A stretch of DNA of 64,000 nucleotides from an uncultured Methylomirabilota bacterium. Its GTDB lineage: Bacteria > Methylomirabilota > Methylomirabilia > Methylomirabilales > 2-02-FULL-66-22. Under the pieces are notes generated by a model that had not been told where the DNA came from, ran no database searches, and saw only the letters and a program-made list of their open reading frames with translations. Positions 10,189 through 20,044 of this stretch are shown one piece after another; within the stretch, counting starts at the first letter, position 1; each line of letters opens with the position of its first letter. The stretch spans positions 4,928,001-4,992,000 of the forward strand of contig OY970067.1 in the NCBI GenBank assembly GCA_963705305.1. Direction: 5' to 3'. Position numbers and translations under genes: made by a program.

Positions 10189-11565
10189 ATGCACCCGGCG
10201 ATCGGTTACATCCAGGAGCGGCGCGAGGCCTTTCTCGAAGAGCTGAAGGTCTTCCTCCGCATCCCCAGCGTCAGCACCACCCCCGAGCACAAGCCGGACG
10301 TCCAGCGGGCGGCCGAATGGTTGTGCGACCACATGCGGGCCATCGGCCTCGAGCATGTCCAGATCTTCCCGACTGCCGGCCACCCGGTGGTGTACGCGGA
10401 CTGGCTGCACGCCCCCGGGAAGCCCACCGCCCTCGTCTACGGCCATTACGACGTGCAGCCCGCCGAACCCCTCGACCTCTGGCTCACCGGCCCCTTCGAC
10501 CCCACCATCCGCAAGGGAGAGCTGTACGCCCGGGGGGCCGTGGACGATAAGGGGCAGGTGTTCATGCACCTCAAGGCGTTGGAGGCACACCTCAAGACGC
10601 GAGCGAGCCTGCCGGTGAACGTGAAGCTCCTCATCGAGGGGGAAGAGGAGATCGGCAGCCCCAACCTGGATCCCTTCATCCAGGCGCGCCAAGCCCTTCT
10701 CAAGACCGACGTGATCGTGGTCTCCGATTCGAGCATGATCGCCAAGGGCGTTCCCGGCATCACCCACGGTCTGCGGGGATTGATCTATTTCCAGATCGAT
10801 GTCGAGGGAACCAAGAGCGATCTGCACTCCGGCGGATTCGGGGGCGCGGTGATCAACCCCGCGTATGCCCTGGCCCAGATCCTGTCCCAGCTCAAGGACA
10901 AGAACGGTCGCATCACCGTCCCGGGATTCTACGACAGCGTGCGACGGCTGACCCCCGCCGAGCGGCGGGCCCTGGCCCGGCTTCCCTTCAACGAGCGGAA
11001 GTTCCAGAAAGAGCTCGGCGCCCCGGCCCTCTTCGGCGAGAAGGGCTTCACCACGTTGGAGCGCATCTGGACCCGCCCCACGATGGAGATCAACGGCATG
11101 CTCAGCGGCTTCACCGGCGAAGGGTCCAAAACGGTGCTCCCGGCCCGCGCCATGGCCAAGGTCAGCATGCGGCTGGTTCCCGACCAGGATCCCAAGAAGA
11201 TCGCCCGGCTCTTCACGCAGCATGTCGTGCGGCTGAGCCCCAAGAGCGTGCGCGTCACAGTGCGGGAGATCTCCGGCCGCGGGACCCCCTGGCTGGCCCC
11301 CACCGACGACCCCGCCGTGCAGGCGCTGGCGCGGGCCATCCAGAAGGGCTTCGGCAAGAAGCCGGTCTACACGAGGATGGGCGGCACCATCCCGATCGTC
11401 CCCACGCTGGCCCGGGTTCTCAAGGCTTCCTGCCTGCTCATGGGCATCGGCCTCCCCGACGAGAACGCCCACGCCCCCAACGAGAAGCTGAACCTGGACA
11501 ACCTCCACCACGGGATGCTGTCCGCCGTTCACCTCTTGGACGAGCTGGCCACCGCGTCGCTGTAG
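10189..11565 (+). CDS. M20-family dipeptidase
   Basis: YGHYDVQP, RGAVDDKG, EGEEEIGS, HSG and HAPNE motifs. Confidence 0.93.
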   Translation: MHPAIGYIQERREAFLEELKVFLRIPSVSTTPEHKPDVQRAAEWLCDHMRAIGLEHVQIFPTAGHPVVYADWLHAPGKPTALVYGHYDVQPAEPLDLWLTGPFDPTIRKGELYARGAVDDKGQVFMHLKALEAHLKTRASLPVNVKLLIEGEEEIGSPNLDPFIQARQALLKTDVIVVSDSSMIAKGVPGITHGLRGLIYFQIDVEGTKSDLHSGGFGGAVINPAYALAQILSQLKDKNGRITVPGFYDSVRRLTPAERRALARLPFNERKFQKELGAPALFGEKGFTTLERIWTRPTMEINGMLSGFTGEGSKTVLPARAMAKVSMRLVPDQDPKKIARLFTQHVVRLSPKSVRVTVREISGRGTPWLAPTDDPAVQALARAIQKGFGKKPVYTRMGGTIPIVPTLARVLKASCLLMGIGLPDENAHAPNEKLNLDNLHHGMLSAVHLLDELATASL

Positions 11566-11704
11566 GCGGCTCGCGCCCCTCGTGTTCACACATCGACGGC
11601 CCGGAGGGATCCCCCCTTCGGGCCGTTGGCGTCTCCGGGAAAGGAAAGGAGCATCGCCCGGGCAGGCCCTGCCGAGCCGAGCACCACAGCACCTGGCGGT
11701 CGGG

Positions 11705-12637
11705 TTACTGCCGGAGGCGGGGGTCCAGGGTGTCGCGCAGGCCGTCGCCGAAGAGGTTGAAGCCGACCACCACGACCATGATGGCCAGGCCGGGGATGGT
11801 GGCCACGTGGGGGGCCACGATCAGGTAGCTGCGGGCGTTGGACAGCATGGCGCCCCACTCCGGCGTAGGAGGCTGCACGCCGAGCCCGAGGAAGCTAAGG
11901 CCCGCGGCTGTGAGGAGGACCGTGGCCATGCGGAGGGTGGCCTGCACGATCAGAGGCGCCAGGCTGTTGGGCAGCAGGTGCCGGAACAGGATGCGCCCGC
12001 TCCTGCTCCCCAGCGCCAGGGCCGCTTCCACGAACTCCCGCTCCTTGAGCTGCAGGATGGAGCCGCGGACGATGCGGGCGAAGGCCGGGATGGTGCTGAT
12101 GCCCGCCGCCAGCATGAGGTTGAAGAGCCCGGTTCCCAGGGCCGCGATAATCGCCAAAGCGAGGAAGATGCTGGGAAAGGCCAGGAGGACGTCCATGGCC
12201 CGCATGATGAGGTTGTCCACCTGGCCGCCCAGGTACGCGCCCACGGCCCCCAGCGTGACCCCGATCAGCAGCGACAGAGACACCGCCACGATCTGGATCT
12301 GGAGCGAGATGCGGGCCCCGTAGATGATGCGGCTGAACAGGTCCCGGCCCAGCTCGTCCGTCCCGAACCAGTGGGCGAGGCTGGGTGTCTGGAGCCGATC
12401 CTGGAGCCGGCCCTGGAGCGGATCATAAGGAACGAGCAGGGGAGCGAAGATCGCCAGGAGGACAAAGACGGCGACGACGGCGGCCCCCACAACGGCGGCC
12501 CGGTTGCGCCGCAGGCGCCGCCACAGCTCGGCCAGCTCCCCGCGACGGTGCGCCATTCTCGAGGCCTGCTCCGCTCCGGTCCGAGCCGCGGCATTCCCCG
12601 CCGCCGTCTCGCCCGCCCCCTCGTCGTGTTCACTCAT
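11705..12637 (-). CDS. Peptide/nickel ABC transporter permease (DppC/OppC-like)
   Basis: HWFGTDELGRD, EAA loop, NLFGDGLRD. Confidence 0.92.
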   Translation of the reverse strand: MSEHDEGAGETAAGNAAARTGAEQASRMAHRRGELAELWRRLRRNRAAVVGAAVVAVFVLLAIFAPLLVPYDPLQGRLQDRLQTPSLAHWFGTDELGRDLFSRIIYGARISLQIQIVAVSLSLLIGVTLGAVGAYLGGQVDNLIMRAMDVLLAFPSIFLALAIIAALGTGLFNLMLAAGISTIPAFARIVRGSILQLKEREFVEAALALGSRSGRILFRHLLPNSLAPLIVQATLRMATVLLTAAGLSFLGLGVQPPTPEWGAMLSNARSYLIVAPHVATIPGLAIMVVVVGFNLFGDGLRDTLDPRLRQ

Positions 12638-13550
12638 ACCGGATCCGTGGATCAAAGAAGGCGTAGGTCAAGTCGGTCAGGAGGTTCACCAGGACAAAGG
12701 TCGCGGCCACCACCATCATGGCCCCCTGGACCACCTGGTAGTCCCGGGCGAAGATCCCTTCGACCAGAAGCCGCCCGATCCCCGGCAGGGAGAAGACCGT
12801 CTCGGTGAGGACCGCCCCCCCCAGCATCTGCCCGAACTCCAGCCCAAACACGGTCAGGATCGGGATCATGGCGTTCTTCAGCGCGTGGCGGAAGATGACC
12901 ACCGCCTCCCGGTAGCCCGTCGCCCGCGCCGTCCGAATATAGTCCTGGCGGGTCACCTCGAGCATGGAGGCTCGGGTCATGCGGGCGATCACCGCCGCCG
13001 AGGCGCTCCCCAGGGCCACGGCGGGCAGGATGAGATGGCCGAGGCCGCCGGTCCCTCCTGCGGGGAACCAGTGCAGCCTCACCGAGAAGACCAGGATCAG
13101 CAGGAGCGCCAGCCAGAAGATCGGCATCGAGATGCCGAAGAGGGCGCCCAGCATGCTGGCGGTGTCGAACAGGGAGTACTGGCGGATGGAGGAGATGATC
13201 CCGGCCAGCAACCCGATGAGCGAGGCCACCAGGATGCTGACCAGGGAGAGCTGCAGGGTGAAGGACAGGCGCTGCAGCAGGAGCTCCTTCACCGGGTGGC
13301 GGGTCTCGATGGAGATCCCCAGGTCCCCGTGCGCCGTGTTCCACACGAACCGGCCGAACTGCACGACCAGCGGCTTGTCCAGGCCGTACTCGTGTCGGAT
13401 CCGCGCGATATCCTGCGCCGTGGCCTCCTGTCCCCCCAGAATCTCGGCCGGATCCCCCGGCACGAGATGCAGCAGGGAGAACGAGACGAGGGCCACCCCG
13501 AACAGGACAGGGATCAACATGAAGATGCGTCGCAGGATATAGGCAGCCAT
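12630..13550 (-). CDS. Peptide/nickel ABC transporter permease (DppB/OppB-like)
   Basis: VPGDPA, YIRTARA.G, RHALKNA, DPRI. Confidence 0.92.
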   Translation of the reverse strand: MAAYILRRIFMLIPVLFGVALVSFSLLHLVPGDPAEILGGQEATAQDIARIRHEYGLDKPLVVQFGRFVWNTAHGDLGISIETRHPVKELLLQRLSFTLQLSLVSILVASLIGLLAGIISSIRQYSLFDTASMLGALFGISMPIFWLALLLILVFSVRLHWFPAGGTGGLGHLILPAVALGSASAAVIARMTRASMLEVTRQDYIRTARATGYREAVVIFRHALKNAMIPILTVFGLEFGQMLGGAVLTETVFSLPGIGRLLVEGIFARDYQVVQGAMMVVAATFVLVNLLTDLTYAFFDPRIRYE

Positions 13551-13675
13551 GAGCGCGGGGGTCCGGAATCACGGCTCAAGGTTCGGATGAGGACGAGGTG
13601 GGATGGAGGGTGGGCCCCCCGACACCCGGAGCCCACCCTCACGATCCGAACCCGGAATGATGCTCGTGAGCGGAG

Positions 13676-15232
13676 CTACTTCTCCTTCCAGGTATCCTTG
13701 GTGGCGTACACCAGCTCCAAGGGGGAGTTCACGATGTCGTGGACTTTCAGGGACATCCCCACGGTCTCCTTGGTCGCCAGCAGGTAGATCCCCTCCGGGT
13801 CCTTGACCAGGATCTCCTGGGCCTCCCTCAGGTACTTGTCCCGCTGCTGCATGGTGGTGGAGGCCACCGCCCTGGCGATATCTTCGTCCATCTGTTTGTT
13901 GCAGTAGAAGGAGTCGTTCGAGCCCTGGGGGCGCCACTGGTCGCAGGAGGCGATGGGGTAGATCCCCCAGCGGACCTCCCCCGTGGATGGCGCCCAGCCG
14001 ATCAGGTACAGCTCCTGCTTGGCCTCATCCTTCGGCTTGCGCATGATCGCCATGTAGTTCCCCCACTCGAATGTCTCCAGCTTGGCCTTGACGCCGACCG
14101 CCGCCAGTTGCTGCTGGACGGCCTGGGCCAACTCGTAGTCCTTCAGGTACCGACCCTTGGGGGTCCACAGGCTGATCTCGAACCCGTTGGGATAGCCCGC
14201 CTCGGCCAAGAGCTCCTTGGCCTTGGCCGGGTCATAGGGGTAGCCCTTCACGGGGGCGTACCCGGTCACCAGGGGGCCCACCAGGGTGGGGACCACCGCC
14301 GCCATCCCCTGGTAGATGTTGTCCACGATGGACTGCTTGTTCACCGCGTAGTTCAACGCCTGGCGCACCCGGACATCATCCAGGGGCTTCTTGGTCACGT
14401 TGAAGGCGATCCGCAGGGCGCGGTTGCTCTGCTCGGCGTAGATCCGGACCTTCCCCTCGCGCATCAGCCGCGGCACCTCCTCCGGCGGGATGCGGACGAT
14501 CAGGTCGTAGTCCCCGGCCTCCAGGCCCAGCACCCGGGCGGAGTCCTCGCGGACCGTCTTCACGATGATTTTCTCCAACAGCGGCTTCCCTGCGTAGTAG
14601 TCGTCGTTCCGCACCAAGGTGACGTGATCGCCGCGTACCCACTCCACGAATTTGAACGGGCCGGTCCCCACCGGATGCAAGGTAAGGTCTTTACCCCATT
14701 TCTTGTGGGCCGTCGGGCTGACAATCCCCGACGCGCTGTGGGCCAGGTTGTTCAGGAAAAAGGCGTAGGGGACCTTCAAGTTGAAGCGCACCGTGTACTC
14801 GTCCACCACGTCCACCGACTTGATGATGGGATCGTGGAGACCGGACTTGAGAGGCTTCTCCGGCCCCAGGAAGCGGTCGAAGTTGTACTTGACCGCCTCC
14901 GCGTTGAACGGCGTGCCGTCGTGGAATTTGACGCCCTTCCGCAGCTTGAAGGTCCAGGTGAGCCCGTCCTTCGACTGGGTCCATTCCGTCGCCAGGTCGG
15001 GATGGATCTTCACCTTGGCGTCGAAGGCCACCAGGTAGTTGTACATCATGTGGCCGAAGGCTTCCCCGGTATTGCTGTCCGTGTTGGCCGGGTCCAGGCT
15101 GTCGGGGTCGGCCCCGGCAGCGTAGATCAGCGTGCCGCCGCTCTGCGGCTGCATCGCCGCCCAGGCGGCCGGCGAGAGCGCCAGCGCCCCCACCAGGACT
15201 GCGGACAGAAACCACCATTCTGCGCGTCGCAT
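13676..15232 (-). CDS. Family 5 ABC solute-binding protein (DppA/GsiB-like)
   Basis: Signal peptide; LRKGVKFHDG, PVGTGPF, VRQALNYA; AGAGGAGG RBS. Confidence 0.93.
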   Translation of the reverse strand: MRRAEWWFLSAVLVGALALSPAAWAAMQPQSGGTLIYAAGADPDSLDPANTDSNTGEAFGHMMYNYLVAFDAKVKIHPDLATEWTQSKDGLTWTFKLRKGVKFHDGTPFNAEAVKYNFDRFLGPEKPLKSGLHDPIIKSVDVVDEYTVRFNLKVPYAFFLNNLAHSASGIVSPTAHKKWGKDLTLHPVGTGPFKFVEWVRGDHVTLVRNDDYYAGKPLLEKIIVKTVREDSARVLGLEAGDYDLIVRIPPEEVPRLMREGKVRIYAEQSNRALRIAFNVTKKPLDDVRVRQALNYAVNKQSIVDNIYQGMAAVVPTLVGPLVTGYAPVKGYPYDPAKAKELLAEAGYPNGFEISLWTPKGRYLKDYELAQAVQQQLAAVGVKAKLETFEWGNYMAIMRKPKDEAKQELYLIGWAPSTGEVRWGIYPIASCDQWRPQGSNDSFYCNKQMDEDIARAVASTTMQQRDKYLREAQEILVKDPEGIYLLATKETVGMSLKVHDIVNSPLELVYATKDTWKEK

Positions 15233-15428
15233 CAGCACATCCTCCTCTCTTCGTGTCGGGCCCGCCGTGGGGTCCTCGATCCGTGCGAGAGCGATAGGGA
15301 GACGGAGCATATCAGACACGTCACGGGACAGGCAAGCACCTTGTGGGCCAGCATCCCGGCGGCGGGGCGGACGCGGCGCGAGGCCCGGCAGCCCGCCCGG
15401 CATCCCGGGCCTCGCAGGCCGGATACGC

Positions 15429-16337
15429 TTACACCTTGGCCCAGGCGTCCATCAGGGTTCGCTTGGCGTTGGCGATGACCACGCCAGACGTCTCGTCGCC
15501 GTAGGGCTTCACCTCGAAGGCCACCACGGGCCGGCGCCCCCTGGCCAGGTACTCGATCTCGAAGAGGGCCTTCAAATACTCGACCAGCTGGGGCACGTCG
15601 TTCTCGCCCCCGGGCGTACCGAAGCGGGGGTGCAGGTCGCCGTACAGGGAGTGCCCCTGCTGCTTCACGGCGTTCCCGATGTGGATGTGGGCGATGTTGG
15701 ATTTCTTGAGGGTGCCGAAGACCTTCTTGGGACTCTCGTCCTGGATGGGCAGGTGGCTCAGGTCGATCATGATCCCGAAGTCGGGGAACTCCTTGCGCAC
15801 GGCCTGCGCCAGCTTCAGGGCGTCCCTGGCGGGGCCGATCAGGCATTTCTTGTCGTACTTCGAATCGAAGCTCTCCACGATGAAGCGGAGCCCCCGCGCC
15901 TTGCTGTAGGCGCACAGCTCCTTGACCGTGTCGATGAAGATCTTCATGGCCTCGTCGCGCCGCTCGCCCGGATCCACGCCGCTCAGGACCGCCAGCGCCG
16001 AGGCCCCCACCTCGGCCGCCTCGTCGGCGCACGCCTTCACCTGGTCCACCGCCCGCTTCCGCTCGGTCGCGTCGAAGCTGTTCAGGTTCAGCTTCTGGGA
16101 CAGCAGACACGGCTGCGCCCCGTAGCCAACGGTCATGTGGCTGGCGGCCAGCAGCTTCTTGACGCGCTGGCGCTCGGCCGTGTCCTTGATCCAGGTGATC
16201 TCCACCGCCGAAAAGAATTCGTCCTCCACGATCCTCGTGAGCGTGTCGTAGACGGGCCCCTCGCCCTTCGTGCACTCGGGAAACGCCATGAAGTGAACGA
16301 TGCCGACCTGCATGTAGCTCTGGAGCGAATCGCGCAT
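15429..16337 (-). CDS. Sugar phosphate isomerase/epimerase (xylose-isomerase-like TIM barrel)
   Basis: GAGGAGG RBS; DLSH, HIHIGN, DLHPRFG, FEVKP. Confidence 0.8.
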   Translation of the reverse strand: MRDSLQSYMQVGIVHFMAFPECTKGEGPVYDTLTRIVEDEFFSAVEITWIKDTAERQRVKKLLAASHMTVGYGAQPCLLSQKLNLNSFDATERKRAVDQVKACADEAAEVGASALAVLSGVDPGERRDEAMKIFIDTVKELCAYSKARGLRFIVESFDSKYDKKCLIGPARDALKLAQAVRKEFPDFGIMIDLSHLPIQDESPKKVFGTLKKSNIAHIHIGNAVKQQGHSLYGDLHPRFGTPGGENDVPQLVEYLKALFEIEYLARGRRPVVAFEVKPYGDETSGVVIANAKRTLMDAWAKV

Positions 16338-16489
16338 GGGGTATTCCTCCTCGTGCAGAGAAAGAGACCGAACACGCCGAAGCCGATCCGCGGGCGGCTT
16401 CCGTATGCGACCTCCCGTCCGCCTGGACCGCGGAGGGCGCCCTCTCCGTGCGGCACCCTCTGGACCGGCCCGGCCTCCCGGGAGGGGAA

Positions 16490-17170
16490 TTAGCGCTCCC
16501 CGTCGCGGGCCGCCTCCAGGAGCCGGACCGCCCGGGTCGGGTTGAAGATCCCGCAGGAGCAGAAGCGGGCCAGGGTGGCGGCGGCGGCGGCCGGGGACCG
16601 GCGCCCCTCTTTCACCCAGTCGCACATCTTCTGGGCCAGGGCATGGCTGACCATGCCGTGGCCGCACATGCTGGACAGCGCCAGGACGGTCGGCGGAGGC
16701 AGCTGGCCGAGGTCCCCCCGGAAGCCCAGGGAGTACTCCACGCTGTGCCGGGGGCACCCGACCTGCTGGGCGCACGCCTGCACCGGGGCGGTGAGACCGC
16801 TCACGTTGATCGAGAGGCCGAGGTCGGCGGCCTTCAGGTCGGCCAGGCAGGCCCGCACGGCGGCCAGGTTGTCGAAGACGGCGGCGACCACGGAGGGGCT
16901 GTCGATGCTCGCGAGGACCGCCTGGGGGTCGCGCTCGTCCAGGCGATGCCAATGGATCCCGGGGGTGAGGGAAGGACTCGGGTGGTACAGCCCCCCCTTC
17001 ACGCCGTTCCCGACGTTCACGGGGCGATGTCCTAGGGCGCACGCCAGGAAGGCCCGAAGCTTGGCGGGGGCGTCGGCGTCATCGTTCAGCCCCCGGGCGG
17101 GCATGGCGAAGACGATATAGTCGTCTTGGAAGCTCGCCGGGGGCCCGGCGCGGTGCAAGGTGTTGGTCAT
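16490..17170 (-). CDS. Conserved hypothetical Cys-motif protein (MCGHG, CSCGIFN)
   Basis: ATG at 17170 overlaps the stop of the upstream Fe-S gene; GGAGG RBS. Confidence 0.75.
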   Translation of the reverse strand: MTNTLHRAGPPASFQDDYIVFAMPARGLNDDADAPAKLRAFLACALGHRPVNVGNGVKGGLYHPSPSLTPGIHWHRLDERDPQAVLASIDSPSVVAAVFDNLAAVRACLADLKAADLGLSINVSGLTAPVQACAQQVGCPRHSVEYSLGFRGDLGQLPPPTVLALSSMCGHGMVSHALAQKMCDWVKEGRRSPAAAAATLARFCSCGIFNPTRAVRLLEAARDGER

Positions 17171-17985
17171 GGGGTCGCCTCCGGGGGCCGGGTCCGGCGC
17201 CCCAAGCCGAGGTTGGTCTTCCCGCGGACGACGGCGTAGCCCTCCCGCGTGAGAAGGGGAGCCAAAGCGTCGCTCCCGTCGGCCTCGCAGCGGGCGGCCA
17301 CCCCCACCGCCACAACCGTCTCCAGGGTAGCCGCCACTTCTTCCACACGTCGGAGGACGGCGGGAAGGTGGCCCAGCGAGGTCTTCAGCTCCACGATGGC
17401 CGAGAGGACTTTTTCGTCCAAGATATCGGGCCGGATGGTGCCGGCGACCGGGTCGTCCAGCAGGCTGAAGACGGGGTTCTTGGGCTCGAAGGTGATGGGG
17501 AGGGCGGCCAGGGCACGAGTCATGGTCTGGACGTCGCGGAAGCGAACTCCCACTCCGGGGCGGCCGAATTCCACGGTGAGGCCCGCCTCCCCCTGTTGGA
17601 CGCGGCCGGTGACGTCGTTGGTCTTGACCTCCTCGGTCCCCCGGCCGTGGACCCCGGTGGACTCGTGGGGGACCAACGGGTCGCTGAAGGCCCGCCGGAT
17701 GATTCGGGGCCACGTCAGCTCCTGGGGGGTGAGGGCGTCGGTGGGGCAGACATCGGGCTCCGGCTCGAAGCGGAAGCGGGCCGCTTTTGCGAGGGCCCGG
17801 AGCGCTCGGACCAGGGGCGGCCATAGGTGCTCCTTACTCATCCCCCGGTAGCAGGTGTAGCACTCCACACAGGCGTCCTCCACCACCGTGGCCCGGCGGG
17901 TCTCCGGATCGATGTGAATGGCGCCCATGGGGCAGATGGGCACACAGTTCGCACAGGCCACGCACTTGAAGTGGTCGATGCGCAT
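17167..17985 (-). CDS. 4Fe-4S dicluster protein with C-terminal extension
   Basis: CVACANCVPICP, and CVECYTC with the fourth Cys in CP after a long insertion. Confidence 0.85.
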   Translation of the reverse strand: MRIDHFKCVACANCVPICPMGAIHIDPETRRATVVEDACVECYTCYRGMSKEHLWPPLVRALRALAKAARFRFEPEPDVCPTDALTPQELTWPRIIRRAFSDPLVPHESTGVHGRGTEEVKTNDVTGRVQQGEAGLTVEFGRPGVGVRFRDVQTMTRALAALPITFEPKNPVFSLLDDPVAGTIRPDILDEKVLSAIVELKTSLGHLPAVLRRVEEVAATLETVVAVGVAARCEADGSDALAPLLTREGYAVVRGKTNLGLGRRTRPPEATP

Positions 17986-18064
17986 GTAGGAACCCCTTCT
18001 AACGGCTTGCGCCGATTGAGATCGAGACAGAGAAGGCGCATGTTGCTGGTTCCAACCAGCGCTC

Positions 18065-18094
18065 ATCATACTCAGCGGGCGAAGGCAGTGTCAA
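18065..18094 (-). promoter_or_regulatory. sigma70-type promoter candidate for the Fe-S/isomerase/dpp cluster
   Basis: TTGACA-18 bp-TATGAT on minus strand. Confidence 0.55.
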
Positions 18095-18245
18095 GCCTAG
18101 CAGCCCGCACGAAAGGCGATCCGCACATCCGCTGTCTGTCGATATGAGCCGTCTATTTCGTCCCCCGAGAAGGCGGTCCGCCCTGCCTCCAGTCCATGAG
18201 CGTGCCGGCATACTCCGGGAGGTCTCCGGCGGGCCAGAATCCCGC

Positions 18246-18275
18246 TTGACAGGCCCCGGACGCCGGGCCTAATGT
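18246..18275 (+). promoter_or_regulatory. sigma70-type promoter candidate for the sugar ABC operon
   Basis: TTGACA-18 bp-TAATGT. Confidence 0.5.
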
Positions 18276-18393
18276 CATATATCCGCTCTCTTCCACCTAC
18301 CGGGCGCCTTGAACGGGTGCCGCCACGGACCCGGCCGCAGGCCGACGGCGGGTCTGGAACTTCCCCTCGGCCAATCGAACCAGGAGGTAGCAC

Positions 18394-19737
18394 ATGAAGA
18401 AACAGTCATCCTGGGAGATGGATCGGCGGGAATTCCTGAAGGCCACAGGGGTGGGACTCGTCGGCGCGAGCTTGGCCGGCGCAGGTGTCCCGACCATCGC
18501 GGGCGCTGCCGAGGTCAAGCCCCCCCACATCGTCCCCGAGAAAGGCGCCTCCCTCAAACTCCTCCGCTGGTCGGGCTTTGTGAAAAGCGACGAGGAGAGC
18601 TGGAACGCCAACACCAAGAAATGGGAGCAGGCGACCGGGTGCAAGATGGAGGTCGAGTACATTGGCTGGGAGGACGTCCGGCCCAAGGCGGCCATGGCGG
18701 CCTCCGTGGGGGCCGGGCCGGACATCGTGCTGGGGTGGTATGACGACCCCCACCTCTACCCCAACAAGCTCATCGACGTCACCGACATCTGCGAATATCT
18801 GGGGAAGAAGTACGGAGGATGGTACCCGGTCTTCCATGACTACGGGTGGAGCCCCACCCTCAAGCACTGGGTCGGCATCCCCATCGGTACGCCGGCCGGC
18901 GTCCAGAACTACCGGGTGAGCTGGCTCAAGGAAGCGGGCTACGAGAAGCCGCCGGAAAAGATGGGCGAGCTTCTCGCCTGCTGCAAGAAGCTGAAGGCCA
19001 TCGGGCATCCCGCCGGGTACAGCTTCGGCCACGCTGTGGGCGATGGAAACGGCGTGTGCTACTGGATCCTGTTCTCTTTCGGGGGCAAGACGGTGGAGAA
19101 GGACAACAGGACCATCGCTATCAACCGCCAGCCGACCTGGGACGCATTGGAATTCGGCCGGGAGTTCTACGAGCAGCTGGTCCCCGGGGTCATTGGCTGG
19201 CAGGACCCCGACAACAACAAGGCGTTCCTGGCCAGCCAGATCTCCCTGACCCGGAATGCCGTGAGTATCTACTACGTCGCCCTGGACCAATTCCCCGACG
19301 TGGCCAAAGATATGGACCATGCCAATTTGGCCGTCGGCCCGCTGGGGCGCCCGTCGCAGATCGACAATGTGACTTTGGGGTTCATCTTCAAGCACACCCG
19401 GTTCCCCAATGCCGCCAGACACTACCTCCTTTACATGATGGAGCAGGAGCAGTACGGGCCGTGGGTCACTGCCATGAAGGGGTATCTGGTTCAGACCCTG
19501 AAAGCGTACGAGAAGCTCCCCATCTGGACCAGCGACCCCAAGCTCACGATCTTCCGGGAGCAGCCCCCGCGGATGTTCCCCCATTTCTATGCCGGACAGC
19601 CGGGGCCGCAGTCGGCCGCGGCGCTGGCCGAGTACATTGTCGTGGACATGTTCCAGGATGTGGTCACCGGCCGCAAGACGGCCAAGGAGGCGGCCCGGAC
19701 GGCCGAGCAGCGCCTGGCCAGGATCTACCACGCTTAA
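18394..19737 (+). CDS. Carbohydrate-type (CUT1) ABC solute-binding protein, Tat-exported
   Basis: DRREFLK Tat motif; AGGAGG RBS; SBP family 1-like motifs (GPDIV, NNKAFLASQIS). Confidence 0.92.
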   Translation: MKKQSSWEMDRREFLKATGVGLVGASLAGAGVPTIAGAAEVKPPHIVPEKGASLKLLRWSGFVKSDEESWNANTKKWEQATGCKMEVEYIGWEDVRPKAAMAASVGAGPDIVLGWYDDPHLYPNKLIDVTDICEYLGKKYGGWYPVFHDYGWSPTLKHWVGIPIGTPAGVQNYRVSWLKEAGYEKPPEKMGELLACCKKLKAIGHPAGYSFGHAVGDGNGVCYWILFSFGGKTVEKDNRTIAINRQPTWDALEFGREFYEQLVPGVIGWQDPDNNKAFLASQISLTRNAVSIYYVALDQFPDVAKDMDHANLAVGPLGRPSQIDNVTLGFIFKHTRFPNAARHYLLYMMEQEQYGPWVTAMKGYLVQTLKAYEKLPIWTSDPKLTIFREQPPRMFPHFYAGQPGPQSAAALAEYIVVDMFQDVVTGRKTAKEAARTAEQRLARIYHA

Positions 19738-19960
19738 GCTGAAGGCTAAGGGCTATCCGGTCGGGTACACCTTCGGTCACGGCGTGGGCGACGGCAACGG
19801 CGTCTGTTACTGGCTGCTGTTCCAGTTCGGCGGCAAGATCGTCGAGGCCAACAGCAAGGCCTTCCTATCCGGCCAGATCTCGGCGACCTACAACGGGATC
19901 AGCATCTACTACGCTGCCAAGGAGGCCGCGCGGCGACTCGTCAACATTTACGGCGGCTGA
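19736..19960 (+). pseudogene. Collapsed remnant of a paralogous solute-binding protein gene
   Basis: Translation matches four non-contiguous segments of 18394-19737; first segment 29/37 aa identical; no start of its own. Confidence 0.85.
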
Positions 19961-19977
19961 TCTGCCCTAGCCTCCAA

Positions 19978-20015
19978 GTTGCCTCTGGGGGGCCGCCTGG
20001 CCCCCCAGAGGCAAC
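19978..20015 (+). other. Perfect 17-bp intercistronic hairpin
   Basis: GTTGCCTCTGGGGGGCC-gcct-GGCCCCCCAGAGGCAAC between SBP and permease. Confidence 0.7.
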
Positions 20016-20044
20016 CCGCGCTCCGCCGAACGAGAGGGAATCGC

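Noticed and set aside
19729..19741. Programmed +1 frameshift fusing the SBP to its remnant
   Set aside because: GCT TAA G offers no plausible P-site re-pairing (GCU to CUU) and no stimulatory SD.
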